This document shows, piece after piece, positions 1-14,154 of a stretch of 64,000 bases of DNA. The notes beneath the pieces are model-generated. The model saw nothing but the letters and a program-made list of their open reading frames with translations. It made no database searches and was not told the origin of the DNA. Numbering within the stretch: position 1 is the stretch's first letter; each line of letters begins with the position of its first letter. A program made the translations under genes and the position numbers. Origin of the DNA: the human T2T-CHM13v2.0 reference genome, Homo sapiens. The stretch covers positions 29,152,001 to 29,216,000 of the forward strand of contig CP086569.2 in NCBI GenBank assembly GCA_009914755.4, written 5' to 3'.

Positions 1-44
1 CGTTCCCATTCCATTCAATTCCATTCCATTCAATTCCATTCCAT
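1..44. repeat. DYZ1/HSat3 HOR unit U0 (3' end only, cut by window start; unit phase chosen arbitrarily)
   Basis: Aligns with the last 44 bp preceding each later unit start (e.g. 3536-3579). Confidence 0.7.
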
Positions 45-3000
45 TTGTTTCCATTCTCTTCGATTCCATTTCTTTATATTCCATGCCATTCGATTCCATT
101 CTATTGGATTGCATTACATTCGTGTTCATTCCATTCCAGACCATTCCATTTGACTCCATTCTTTTCGAGCCCTTTCAATTTGAGTCCATTCCTTTCCAGT
201 CCATTTCACTCCAGTCCATTACTATCCATTCCATACCATTCCATCCCATTCCATTCCATTCCATTCCATTCCATTCCATTCCATTGCATTCCATTCCATT
301 CCATTGCACTGCACTCCATTCCATTACATTCTACTCTATCTGAGTCGATTTTATTGCATTAGATTCTATTCCATTGGATTACTTTCCATTCGATTACATT
401 CCATTCATGTACATTCCATTCCACTCAATTACATTCGAGTTGATTACATTACATTCCAGTATATTCCATTCTATTCGATCCCATTCCTGTCAATTCCATT
501 TCATTCGACTCCATTATATTCGATTCCATTCCACTCGAATCCATTCCATTAGAGGACATTCCATTCCAATGCATTCCATTCCATTCCATAGCATTCCATT
601 GCATTCGATTCCATTCCATTTGATGCCATTCCATTTGATGCCATTCCATGACATTCCATTCCATTCGAGTCCATTCCGTTCCAATTCATTCCATTCCGTT
701 TCATGAAATTCGAGTCCTTTCCAGTACATTTCATTCCAATCCCATCCAATCCAATCTACTCCATTCAATTCCTTTCCATTCCATTTGATTTGATTCCATT
801 CAGTTTGATTCCATTCCGTGAAATTTCGTTCCATTCTATTCCATTGCATTACTTTCCATTCAATTCCATTCCATTTCATTTCAGTCCATTCGCTTCCTTT
901 CCTTTCGATTCAATTCCACTTGATTCCACTCCATTCTATGCGATTTCATTCCAATCGATTCAATTCCATTCGATGACATTCCTTTCGTTTCCATTCCATT
1001 CGAGTCCATTCAATTTGAGCATTCGTGTCCATTCTATTCGAGTCCATTCCATTACCGTCTATTCTATTCCCTTCCATTCCTGTTGATTCAATTTCATTCC
1101 CTTCCATTCGATTCCTTTCCATTCGATTCCATTCCTTTCCATTCCATTCCATTCGTTCCCATTCCATGTGATTTCATTCCATTCCAGTCCATTATATTCG
1201 AGTCCACTCCACTCCATTCTATTACATTCAATTCCTTTTGAGTCCGTTCCATAACACTCCATTCATTTCGATTCCATTTCTTGCCAGTTTTCTTCCATTT
1301 TATTCCATTCCGTTCGATTCCATTCCATTCGATTGCATTCCATTCGAATCCTTTCCATTCCATTTCATTCCATTCCTTTCTATTCCATTCCATTTCATTC
1401 GATTTGATTCCATTCTGTTCTATTCCATTCAATTCTTTTTCATTCCATTCGAATCCTTTCTATTGCAGTCCATTCCATTCGAGTCCATTCCAATCCCTTC
1501 CATTCCATTCCATTACAGTCCATTCCAATAGATTCCATTCCTTTGCCTTCCATTCGAATCCATTCCATTCCAGTCCATTCCATTTGAGTCAATTCCATTC
1601 CATTGCATTCTATTCCTTTCCAAACCATTCGATTCCATTCGATTCAATTCCATTTGATTCTCTTTCATTCTATTTTATTCCATGCCATTTGATTGCATTG
1701 CATTCCATTCCGTTTGATTCCAGTACATTCAAGAAAGTTCCATTCCAGTCCATTGCTTTCCAGTCCATTCCATTCCACTCTAGTCTATTCCACTCCATTC
1801 CTTTCCATTCCATTCCATACTATTCCATTCCATTCCTTTGCATTCCGTTTCCAATCTATTCGAGTCCATTGCATTCCAGTCCAATCCATTCGATTACATT
1901 CCTTTTGATTCCCTGCCAGTCGATTGCATTGCATACTAGACCATTCCAAAGGAGTCCATTGCATTCTATCTCAACACTTTCCATTCCACTCTGTTCGAGT
2001 CCATTCCATTCCAGTCCATTTAATTCAAGGGCATTCCATTCCATTCCATTCCATTTCATATTATTCCATTCCATTCAATTCCATTCCAGATGATTCCATT
2101 CCATTCTATACCATTGCTCTCTGTTCCATTCCATTCCATCTGTCTCCATTCCTTTCGTTTCGATTCCTTTCCATTCCATTCCATTCCATTTGATCCTATT
2201 TTATTAAATTGCATTCTATTCGAGTGATTTCCATTCGAGTCCTTTCCATTAGATTCCATTGCATTCTATTCCATTCCTTTGGATTCCATTCCATTCCGTT
2301 CCGTTCACATCAATTCCTTGCGATTCCATTACATTCGATTTCTTGCCATTCGATTCCATTCCTTTTGACTCCATTTCATTCGATTCCATTCCATTCCATT
2401 AACTTCCATTCCATTCGAGACCTTTCCATTGCAGTCTTTTCCCTTCGAGTCCATTCCGTTCGATTCCCTTCCATTCGATTCCATTCCATTGGAGTCCGTA
2501 CCAGTCGAGTCCATTCTATTCCAGTCCATTAGTTTCGACTCCATTGCATTCGAGTGCATTCCATTCCGTGGCTGTCCATTCCATTCCGTTTGATGCCATT
2601 CCATACGATTCCATTCAATTCGAGACCATTCTATTCCTGTCCATTCCTTGTGGTTCGATTCCATTTCACTCTAGTCCATTCCATTCCATTCAATTCCATT
2701 CGACTCTATTCCGTTCCATTCAATTCCATCCCATTCGATTCCATTTTTTTCGAGAACCTTCCATTACACTCCCTTCCATTCCAGTGCATTCCATTCCAGT
2801 CTCTTCAGTTCGATTCCATTCCATTCGTTTCGATTCCTTTCCATTCCAGCCCATTCCATTCCATTCCATTCCTTTCCTTTCCGTTTCATTAGATTCCATT
2901 GCATTCGATTCCATTCAATTCAATTCCGTTCTATTCAATTTGATTCATGTCCATTTAATTCCATTCCATTAGATTCCATTCCGTTCGATTCCATTCCTTT

Positions 3001-3579
3001 CGAATCCATTCCATTGGAGTCCATTCACTTCCAGAACATTCCATTCCAGTCGAATCCATTCGAGTACATTCCATTAAAGTTCATTACATTCTAATACATT
3101 CCATTCCATTGCATTCCATTCCATTCCATTCGATGCCATTCGATTCCATTCCATGCCAAATCATTGCATTCCTTTCCATTCCGTTCCTATCAATTCCATT
3201 CCATTCGATTTAGTTTGATTTTATTCACTTCCATTCCATTCGATTCCATTCCATTGGAGTCAATTCCTTTGGACACCCAGCCTTTCCAGTCAATGTTTTT
3301 GGATTCCATTTTTTTGCATTCCATTACATTCTATGACATTCGATTCCGTTTCATTGCATTCCATTCCATACATTTTTATTCCATTCGAGACCGTAGCATT
3401 CCACTTTATTCCAGGTCTGTCCATTACACTACATTCCCTTCCATTCCAATGAATTCCATTCCATTCCAATCCATTCCTTTCCTTTCGCTTGCATTCCATT
3501 CTATTCTCTTCTACTGCATACAATTTCACTCCATTCGTTCCCATTCCATTCAATTCCATTCCATTCAATTCCATTCCAT
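45..3579. repeat. DYZ1/HSat3 HOR unit U1 (3535 bp)
   Basis: Marker 'ttgtttccattctcttcgattccatttctttatattccatgcc' at 45 and again at 3580. Sub-family 1: 'tttgatttgattccattcagtttgattcc' form. HaeIII site variant 'ccaggTctgtcc'. Confidence 0.75.
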
Positions 3580-6500
3580 TTGTTTCCATTCTCTTCGATT
3601 CCATTTCTTTATATTCCATGCCATTCGATTCCATTCTATTGGATTGCATTACATTCGTGTTCATTCCATTCCAGACCATTCCATTTGACTCCATTCTTTT
3701 CGAGCCCTTTCAATTTGAGTCCATTCCTTTCCAGTCCATTTCACTCCAGTCCATTACTATCCATTCCATACCATTCCATCCCATTCCATTCCATTCCATT
3801 CCATTCCATTCCATTCCATTCCATTGCACTGCACTCCATTCCATTACATTCTACTCTATCTGAGTCGATTTTATTGCATTAGATTCTATTCCATTGGATT
3901 ACTTTCCATTCGATTACATTCCATTCATGTACATTCCATTCCACTCAATTACATTCGAGTTGATTACATTACATTCCAGTATATTCCATTCTATTCGATC
4001 CCATTCCTGTCAATTCCATTTCATTCGACTCCATTATATTCGATTCCATTCCACTCGAAAACATTCCATTAGAGGACATTCCATTCCAATGCATTCCATT
4101 CCATTCCATAGCATTCCATTGCATTCGATTCCATTCCATTTGATGCCATTCCATTTGATGCCATTCCATGACATTCCATTCCATTCGAGTCCATTCCGTT
4201 CCAATTCATTCCATTCCGTTTCATGAAATTCGAGTCCTTTCCAGTACATTTCATTCCAATCCCATCCAATCCAATCTACTCCATTCAATTCCTTTCCATT
4301 CCATTTGATTTGATTCCATTCAGTTTGATTCCATTCCGTGAAATTTCGTTCCATTCTATTCCATTGCATTACTTTCCATTCAATTCCATTCCATTTCATT
4401 TCAGTCCATTCGCTTCCTTTCCTTTCGATTCAATTCCACTTGATTCCACTCCATTCTATGCGATTTCATTCCAATCGATTCAATTCCATTCGATGACATT
4501 CCTTTCGTTTCCATTCCATTCGAGTCCATTCAATTTGAGCATTCGTGTCCATTCTATTCGAGTCCATTCCATTACCGTCTATTCTATTCCCTTCCATTCC
4601 TGTTGATTCAATTTCATTCCCTTCCATTCGATTCCTTTCCATTCGATTCCATTCCTTTCCATTCCATTCCATTCGTTCCCATTCCATGTGATTTCATTCC
4701 ATTCCAGTCCATTATATTCGAGTCCACTCCACTCCATTCTATTACATTCAATTCCTTTTGAGTCCGTTCCATAACACTCCATTCATTTCGATTCCATTTC
4801 TTGCCAGTTTTCTTCCATTTTATTCCATTCCGTTCGATTCCATTCCATTCGATTGCATTCCATTAGAATCCTTTCCATTCCATTTCATTCCATTCCTTTC
4901 TATTCCATTCCATTTCATTCGATTTGATTCCATTCTGTTCTATTCCATTCAATTCTTTTTCATTCCATTCGAATCCTTTCTATTGCAGTCCATTCCATTC
5001 GAGTCCATTCCAATCCCTTCCATTCCATTCCATTACAGTCCATTCCAATAGATTCCATTCCTTTGCCTTCCATTCGAATCCATTCCATTCTAGTCCATTC
5101 CATTTGAGTCAATTCCATTCCATTCCATTCTATTCCTTTCCAAACCATTCGATTCCATTCGATTCAATTCCATTTGATTCTCTTTCATTCTATTTTATTC
5201 CATGCCATTTGATTGCATTGCATTCCATTCCGTTTGATTCCAGTCCATTCAAGAAAGTTCCATTCCAGTCCATTGCTTTCGAGTCCATTCCATTCCACTC
5301 TAGTCTATTCCACTCCATTCCTTTCCATTCCATTCCATACTATTCCATTCCATTCCTTTGCATTCCGTTTCCAATCTATTCGAGTCCATTGCATTCCAGT
5401 CCAATCCATTCCATTACATTCCTTTTGATTCCCTGCCAGTCGATTGCATTGCATACTAGACCATTCCAAAGGAGTCCATTGCATTCTATCTCAACACTTT
5501 CCATTCCACTCTGTTCGAGTCCATTCCATTCCAGTCCATTTAATTCAAGGGCATTCCATTCCATTCCATTCCATTTCATATTATTCCATTCCATTCAATT
5601 CCATTCCAGATGATTCCATTCCATTCTATACCATTGCTCTCTGTTCCATTCCATTCCATCTGTCTCCATTCCTTTCGTTTCGATTCCTTTCCATTCCATT
5701 CCATTACATTTGATCCTATTTTATTAAATTGCATTCTATTCGAGTGATTTCCATTCGAGTCCTTTCCATTAGATTCCATTGCATTCTATTCCATTCCTTT
5801 GGATTCCATTCCATTCCGTTCCGTTCACATCAATTCTTTGCGATTCCATTACATTCGATTTCTTGCCATTCGATTCCATTCCTTTTGACTCCATTTCATT
5901 CGATTCCATTCCATTCCATTAACTTCCATTCCATTCGAGACCTTTCCATTGCAGTCTTTTCCCTTCGAGTCCATTCCGTTCGATTCCCTTCCATTCGATT
6001 CCATTCCATTGGAGTCCGTACCAGTCGAGTCCATTCTATTCCAGTCCATTAGTTTCGACTCCATTGCATTCGAGTGCATTCCATTCCGTGGCTGTCCATT
6101 CCATTCCGTTTGATGCCATTCCATACGATTCCATTCAATTCGAGACCATTCTATTCCTGTCCATTCCTTGTGGTTCGATTCCATTTCAATCTAGTCCATT
6201 CCATTCCATTCAATTCCATTCGACTCTATTCCGTTCCATTCAATTCCATCCCATTCGATTCCATTTTTTTAGAGAACCTTCCATTACGCTCCCTTCCATT
6301 CCAGTGCATTCCATTCCAGTCTCTTCAGTTCGATTCCATTCCATTCGTTTCGATTCCTTTCCATTCCAGCCCATTCCATTCCATTCCATTCCTTTCCTTT
6401 CCGTTTCATTAGATTCCATTGCATTCGATTCCATTCAATTCAATTCCGTGCTATTCAATTTGATTCATGTCCATTTAATTCCATTCCATTAGATTCCATT

Positions 6501-7099
6501 CCGTTCGATTCCATTCCTTTCGAATCCATTCCATTGGAGTCCATTCACTTCCAGAACATTCCATTCCAGTCGAATCCATTCGAGTACATTCCATTAAAGT
6601 TCATTACATTCTAATACATTCCATTCCATTGCATTCCATTCCATTCCATTCGATGCCATTCGATTCCATTCCATGCCAAATCATTGCATTCCTTTCCATT
6701 CCGTTCCTATCAATTCCATTCCATTCGATTTAGTTTGATTCTATTCACTTCCATTCCATTCGATTCCATTCCATTGGAGTCAATTCCTTTGGACACTCAG
6801 CCTTTCCAGTCAATGTTTTTGGATTCCATTTTTTTGCATTCCATTACATTCTATGACATTCGATTCCGTTTCATTGCATTCCATTCCATACATTTTTATT
6901 CCATTCGAGACCGTAGCATTCCACTTTATTCCAGGTCTGTCCATTACACTACATTCCCTTCCATTCCAATGAATTCCATTCCATTCCAATCCATTCCTTT
7001 CCTTTCGCTTGCATTCCATTCTATTCTCTTCTACTGCATACAATTTCACTCCATTCGTTCCCATTCCATTCAATTCCATTCCATTCAATTCCATTCCAT
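3580..7099. repeat. DYZ1/HSat3 HOR unit U2 (3520 bp)
   Basis: Same marker at 3580 and 7100. Near-identical to U1 with a few SNVs (e.g. 4855 'cattagaatcc'). Confidence 0.75.
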
Positions 7100-10000
7100 T
7101 TGTTCCCATTCTCTTCGATTCCATTTCTTTATATTCCATGCCATTCGATTCCATTCTATTGGATTGCATTACATTCGTGTTCATTCCATTCCAGACCATT
7201 CCATTTGACTCCATTCTTTTCGAGCCCTTTCAATTTGAGTCCATTCCTTTCCAGTCCATTTCACTCCAGTCCATTACTATCCATTCTATACCATTCCATC
7301 CCATTCCATTCCATTGCATTCCATTCCATTCCATTGCATTCCATTCCATTCCATTCCATTGCACTGCACTCCATTCCATTACATTCTACTCTATCTGAGT
7401 CGATTTTATTGCATTAGATTCTATTCCATTGGATTACTTTCCATTCGATTACATTCCATTCATGTACATTCCATTCCACTCAATTACATTCGAGTTGATT
7501 ACATTACATTCCAGTATATTCCATTCTATTCGATCCCATTCCTGTCAATTCCATTTCATTCGATTCCATTATATTCGATTCCATTCCACTCGAATCCATT
7601 CCATTAGAGGACATTCCATTCCAATGCATTCCATTCCATTCCATAGCATTCCATTGCATTCGATTCCATTCCATTTGATGCCATTCCATTTGATGCCATT
7701 CCATGACATTCCATTCCATTCGAGTCCATTCCGTTCCAATTCATTCCATTCCGTTTCATGAAATTCGAGTCCTTTCCAGTACATTTCATTCCAATCCCAT
7801 CCAATCCAATCTACTCCATTCAATTCCTTTCCATTCCATTTGATTTGATTCCATTCAGTTTGATTCCATTCCGTGAAATTTCGTTCCATTCTATTCCATT
7901 GCATTACTTTCCATTCAATCCCATTCCATTTCATTTCAGTCCATTCTCTTCCTTTCCTTTCGATTCAATTCCATTTGATTCCTCTCCATTCTATGCGATT
8001 TCATTCCAATCGATTCAATTCCATTCGATGACATTCCTTTCGTTTCCATTCCATTCGAGTCCATTCAATTTGAGCATTCGTGTCCATTCTATTCGAGTCC
8101 ATTCCATTACCGTCTATTCTATTCCCTTCCATTCCTGTTGATTCAATTTCATTCCCTTCCATTCGATTCCTTTCCATTCGATTCCATTCCTTTCCATTCC
8201 ATTCCATTCGTTCCCATTCCATGTGATTTCATTCCATTCCAGTCCATTATATTCGAGTCCAATCCACTCCATTCTGTTACATTCAATTCCTTTTGAGTCC
8301 GTTCCGTAACACTCCATTCATTTCGATTCCATTTCTTGCCAGTTTTCTTCCATTTTATTCCATTCCGATCGATTCCATTCCATTCGATTGCATTCCATTC
8401 GAATCCTTTCCGTTCCATTTCATTCCATTCCTTTCTATTCCATTCCATTTCATTCGATTTGATTCCATTCTGTTCTATTCCATTCAATTCTTTTTCATTC
8501 CATTCGAATCCTTTCTATTGCAGTCCATTCCATTCGAGTCCATTCCAATCCCTTCCATTCCATTCCATTACAGTCCATTCCAATAGATTCCATTCCTTTG
8601 CCTTCCATTCGAATCCATTCCATTCTAGTCCATTCCATTTGAGTCAATTCCATTCCATTCCATTCTATTCCTTTCCAAACCATTCGATTCCATTCGATTC
8701 AATTCCATTTGATTCTCTTTCATTCTGTTTTATTCCATGCCATTTGATTGCATTGCATTCCATTCCGTTTGATTCCAGTCCATTCAAGAAAGTTCCATTC
8801 CAGTCCATTGCTTTCGAGTCCATTCCATTCCACTCTAGTCTATTCCACTCCATTCCTTTCCATTCCATTCCATACTATTCCATTCCATTCCTTTGCATTC
8901 CGTTTCCAATCTATTCGAGTCCATTGCATTCCAGTCCAATCCATTCCATTACATTCCTTTTGATTCCCTGCCAGTCGATTGCATTGCATACTAGACCATT
9001 CCAAAGGAGTCCATTGCATTCTATCTCAACACTTTCCATTCCACTCTGTTCGAGTCCATTCCATTCCAGTCCATTTAATTCAAGGGCATTCCATTCCATT
9101 CCATTCCATTTCATATTATTCCATTCCATTCAATTCCATTCCAGATGATTCCATTCCATTCTATACCATTGCTCTCTGTTCCATTCCATTCCATCTGTCT
9201 CCATTCCTTTCGTTTCGATTCCTTTCCATTCCATTCCATTACATTTGATCCTATTTTATTAAATTGCATTCTATTCGAGTGATTTCCATTCGAGTCCTTT
9301 CCATTAGATTCCATTGCATTCTATTCCATTCCTTTGGATTCCATTCCATTCCGTTCCGTTCACATCAATTCTTTGCGATTCCATTACATTCGATTTCTTG
9401 CCATTCGATTCCATTCCTTTTGACTCCATTTCATTCGATTCCATTCCATTCCATTAACTTCCATTCCATTCGAGACCTTTCCATTGCAGTCTTTTCCCTT
9501 CGAGTCCATTCCGTTCGATTCCCTTCCATTCGATTCCATTCCATTGGAGTCCGTACCAGTCGAGTCCATTCTATTCCAGTCCATTAGTTTCGACTCCATT
9601 GCATTCGAGTGCATTCCATTCCGTGGCTGTCCATTCCATTCCGTTTGATGCCATTCCATACGATTCCATTCAATTCGAGACCATTCTATTCCTGTCCATT
9701 CCTTGTGGTTCGATTCCATTTCAATCTAGTCCATTCCATTCCATTCAATTCCATTCGACTCTATTCCGTTGCATTCAATTCCATCCCATTCGATTCCATT
9801 TTTTTAGAGAACCTTCCATTACGCTCCCTTCCATTCCAGTGCATTCCATTCCAGTCTCTTCAGTTCGATTCCATTCCATTCGTTTCGATTCCTTTCCATT
9901 CCAGCCCATTCCATTCCATTCCATTCCTTTCCTTTCCGTTTCATTAGATTCCATTGCATTCGATTCCATTCAATTCAATTCCGTGCTATTCAATTTGATT

Positions 10001-10634
10001 CATGTCCATTTAATTCCATTCCATTAGATTCCATTCCGTTCGATTCCATTCCTTTCGAATCCATTCCATTGGAGTCCATTCACTTCCAGAACATTCCATT
10101 CCAGTCGAATCCATTCGAGTACATTCCATTAAAGTTCATTACATTCTAATACATTCCATTCCATTGCATTCCATTCCATTCCATTCGATGCCATTCGATT
10201 CCATTCCATGCCAAATCATTGCATTCCTTTCCATTCCGTTCCTATCAATTCCATTCCATTCGATTTAGTTTGATTCTATTCACTTCCATTCCATTCGATT
10301 CCATTCCATTGGAGTCAATTCCTTTGGACACCCAGCCTTTCCAGTCAATGTTTTTGGATTCCATTTTTTTGCATTCCATTACATTCTATGACATTCGATT
10401 CCGTTTCATTGCATTCCATTCCATACATTTTTATTCCATTCGAGACCGTAGCATTCCACTTTATTCCAGGTCTGTCCATTACACTACATTCCCTTCCATT
10501 CCAATGAATTCCATTCCATTCCAATCCATTCCTTTCCTTTCGCTTGCATTCCATTCTATTCTCTTCTACTGCATACAATTTCACTCCATTCGTTCCCATT
10601 CCATTCAATTCCATTCCATTCAATTCCATTCCAT
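7100..10634. repeat. DYZ1/HSat3 HOR unit U3 (3535 bp)
   Basis: Marker at 7100 and 10635. Carries a 15-bp (3-pentamer) insertion 'ccattgcattccatt' around 7310-7330 that is shared with U4. Confidence 0.75.
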
Positions 10635-13600
10635 TTGTTCCCATTCTCTTCGATTCCATTTCTTTATATTCCATGCCATTCGATTCCATTCTATTGGATT
10701 GCATTACATTCGTGTTCATTCCATTCCAGACCATTCCATTTGACTCCATTCTTTTCGAGCCCTTTCAATTTGAGTCCATTCCTTTCCAGTCCATTTCACT
10801 CCAGTCCATTACTATCCATTCTATACCATTCCATCCCATTCCATTCCATTGCATTCCATTCCATTCCATTGCATTCCATTCCATTCCATTCCATTGCACT
10901 GCACTCCATTCCATTACATTCTACTCTATCTGAGTCGATTTTATTGCATTAGATTCTATTCCATTGGATTACTTTCCATTCGATTACATTCCATTCATGT
11001 ACATTCCATTCCACTCAATTACATTCGAGTTGATTACATTACATTCCAGTATATTCCATTCTATTCGATCCCATTCCTGTCAATTCCATTTCATTCGATT
11101 CCATTATATTCGATTCCATTCCACTCGAATCCATTCCATTAGAGGACATTCCATTCCAATGCATTCCATTCCATTCCATAGCATTCCATTGCATTCGATT
11201 CCATTCCATTTGATGCCATTCCATTTGATGCCATTCCATGACATTCCATTCCATTCGAGTCCATTCCGTTCCAATTCATTCCATTCCGTTTCATGAAATT
11301 CGAGTCCTTTCCAGTACATTTCATTCCAATCCCATCCAATCCAATCTACTCCATTCAATTCCTTTCCATTCCATTTGATTTGATTCCATTCAGTTTGATT
11401 CCATTCCGTGAAATTTCGTTCCATTCTATTCCATTGCATTACTTTCCATTCAATCCCATTCCATTTCATTTCAGTCCATTCTCTTCCTTTCCTTTCGATT
11501 CAATTCCATTTGATTCCACTCCATTCTATGCGATTTCATTCCAATCGATTCAATTCCATTCGATGACATTCCTTTCGTTTCCATTCCATTCGAGTCCATT
11601 CAATTTGAGCATTCGTGTCCATTCTATTCGAGTCCATTCCATTACCGTCTATTCTATTCCCTTCCATTCCTGTTGATTCAATTTCATTCCCTTCCATTCG
11701 ATTCCTTTCCATTCGATTCCATTCCTTTCCATTCCATTCCATTCGTTCCCATTCCATGTGATTTCATTCCATTCCAGTCCATTATATTCGAGTCCAATCC
11801 ACTCCATTCTGTTACATTCAATTCCTTTTGAGTCCGTTCCGTAACACTCCATTCATTTCGATTCCATTTCTTGCCAGTTTTCTTCCATTTTATTCCATTC
11901 CGATCGATTCCATTCCATTCGATTGCATTCCATTCGAATCCTTTCCGTTCCATTTCATTCCATTCCTTTCTATTCCATTCCATTTCATTCGATTTGATTC
12001 CATTCTGTTCTATTCCATTCAATTCTTTTTCATTCCATTCGAATCCTTTCTATTGCAGTCCATTCCATTCGAGTCCATTCCAATCCCTTCCATTCCATTC
12101 CATTACAGTCCATTCCAATAGATTCCATTCCTTTGCCTTCCATTGGAATCCATTCCATTCTAGTCCATTCCATTTGAGTCAATTCCATTCCATTCCATTC
12201 TATTCCTTTCCAATCCATTCGATTCCATTCGATTCAATTCCATTTGATTCTCTTTCATTCTATTTTATTCCATGATATTTGATTGCATTGCATTCCATTC
12301 CGTTTGATTCCAGTACATTCAAGAAAGTTCCATTCCAGTCCATTGCTTTCGAGTCCATTCCATTCCACTCTAGTCTATTCCACTCCATTCCTTTCCATTC
12401 CATTCCATACTATTCCATTCCATTCCTTTGCATTCCGTTTCCAATCTATTCGAGTCCATTGCATTCCAGTCCAATCCATTCGATTACATTCCTTTTGATT
12501 CCCTGCCAGTCGATTGCATTGCATACTAGACCATTCCAAAGGAGTCCATTGCATTCTATCTCAACACTTTCCATTCCACTCTGTTCGAGTCCATTCCATT
12601 CCAGTCCATTTAATTCAAGGGCATTCCATTCCATTCCATTCCATTTCATATTATTCCATTCCATTCAATTCCATTCCAGATGATTCCATTCCATTCTATA
12701 CCATTGCTCTCTGTTCCATTCCATTCCATCTGTCTCCATTCCTTTCGTTTCGATTCCTTTCCATTCCATTCCATTCCATTTGATCCTATTTTATTAAATT
12801 GCATTCTCTTCGAGTGATTTCCATTCGAGTCCTTTCCATTAGATTCCATTCCATTCTATTCCATTCCTTTGGATTCCATTCCATTCCGTTCCGTTCACAT
12901 CAATTCTTTGCGATTCCATTACATTCAATTTCTTGCCATTCGATTCCATTCCTTTTGACTCCATTTCATTCGATTCCATTCCATTCCATTAACTTCCATT
13001 CCATTCGAGACCTTTCCATTGCAGTCTTTTCCCTTCGAGTCCATTCCGTTCGATTCCCTTCCATTCGATTCCATTCCATTGGAGTCCGTACCAGTCGAGT
13101 CCATTCTATTCCAGTCCATTAGTTTCGACTCCATTGCATTCGAGTGCATTCCATTCCGTGGCTGTCCATTCCATTCCGTTTGATGCCATTCCATACGATT
13201 CCATTCAATTCGAGACCATTCTATTCCTGTCCATTCCTTGTGGTTCGATTCCATTTCACTCTAGTCCATTCCATTCCATTCAATTCCATTCGACTCTATT
13301 CCGTTCCATTCAATTCCATCCCATTCGATTCCATTTTTTTCGAGAACCTTCCGTTACACTCCCTTCCATTCCAGTGCATTCCATTCCAGTCTCTTCAGTT
13401 TGATTCCATTCCATTCGTTTCGATTCCTTTCCATTCCAGCCCATTCCATTCCATTCCATTCCTTTCCTTTCCGTTTCATTAGATTCCATTGCATTCCATT
13501 CCATTCAATTCAATTCCGTGCTATTCAATTTGATTCATTTCCATTTAATTCCATTCCATTAGATTCCATTCCGTTCGATTCCATTCCTTTCGAATCCATT

Positions 13601-14154
13601 CCATTGGAGTCCATTCACTTCCAGAACATTCCATTCCAGTCGAATCCATTCGAGTACATTCCATTAAAGTTCATTACATTCTAATACATTCCATTCCATT
13701 CCATTCGATGCCATTCGATTCCATTCCATGCCAAATCATTGCATTCCTTTCCATTCCGTTCCTATCAATTCCATTCCATTCGATTTAGTTTGATTCTATT
13801 CACTTCCATTCCATTCGATTCCATTCCATTGGAGTCAATTCCTTTGGACACCCAGCCTTTCCAGTCAATGTTTTTGGATTCCATTTTTTTGCATTCCATT
13901 ACATTCTATGACATTCGATTCCGTTTCATTGCATTCCATTCCATACATTTTTATTCCATTCGAGACCGTAGCATTCCACTTTATTCCAGGCCTGTCCATT
14001 ACACTACATTCCCTTCCATTCCAATGAATTCCATTCCATTCCAATCCATTCCTTTCCTTTCGCTTGCATTCCATTCTATTCTCTTCTACTGCATACAATT
14101 TCACTCCATTCATTCCCATTCCATTCAATTCCATTCCATTCAATTCCATTCCAT
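10635..14154. repeat. DYZ1/HSat3 HOR unit U4 (3520 bp)
   Basis: Marker at 10635 and 14155. Same 15-bp insertion near 10845-10870. From this unit onward 'ccaggCctgtcc' (GGCC present) at 13988. Confidence 0.75.
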